Virus record (IMG/VR): IMGVR_UViG_3300042314_000177
Location: 4,854-68,853 of that record
Strand: one strand, 5' to 3'
DNA: 64,000 bases
DNA from: a virus
This document shows positions 63,908 to 64,000 of this stretch, in pieces. The stretch's first letter is position 1; the number at the start of each line of letters is the position of its first letter. The translations under genes and the position numbers were made by a program. The notes below the pieces were generated by a model. That model was not told the DNA's origin. It saw only the letters and a program-made list of their open reading frames with translations, and made no database searches.

Positions 63908-64000
63908 TTAAATCATTCGGCCTTCAAACCGAGTGCGCCAGCTTGATCCGGCAGTGGCATTGCCTGAAAGAACACCCACTGATTTCGTGGAGTTAGAAAT
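63908..64000 (-). CDS. Tailspike, C-terminal fragment (second copy)
   Basis: Identical to 28119-28211. Confidence 0.85.
   Translation of the reverse strand: MSNSTKSVGVLSGNATAGSSWRTRFEGRMI

Noticed and set aside
1-64000. Many plus-strand ORFs opposite structural genes (e.g. 7841-8605, 7220-7738, 42667-43173)
   Set aside because: Antisense shadows of conserved genes; no RBS and frames are not preserved between units.

Overview
The whole window is phage DNA. It holds two collinear, related but non-identical P22-like (podovirus) genomes joined head-to-tail with a period of about 35.5-35.9 kb: unit A (1-28108, partial) and unit B (about 28109-63897, apparently complete). The last 103 bp of the window are identical to 28109-28211 (3' end of the tailspike gene). 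Each unit encodes TerS/TerL, a P22-type portal, scaffold, coat, gp4, gp10, ejection proteins, three tail spike/fibre genes, an M15 endolysin/holin/spanin cassette, an ERF-YqaJ-NinB-SSB recombination operon and a lambda O-like initiator. A GapR homologue points to an alphaproteobacterial host. I saw no integrase, CI-type repressor, tRNA, CRISPR array or host gene. Comparing the two units exposes swapped modules and conserved non-coding elements. Best candidates for something new: (1) the slot directly upstream of the gp7-like ejection gene holds interchangeable putative modifying enzymes (a DDxxD prenyltransferase-like protein in A, a cupin-SET fusion in B) behind a shared promoter and structured leader; (2) a probable +1 frameshift (SD-hairpin-UUU_UAA) fusing an ejection protein to an M15 peptidase domain; (3) a roughly 55-nt sRNA with an anti-Shine-Dalgarno loop; (4) the heterodimeric arrangement itself, which is either a cointegrate or an assembly chimera. 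All family assignments are by motif recognition from memory; no searches were run.
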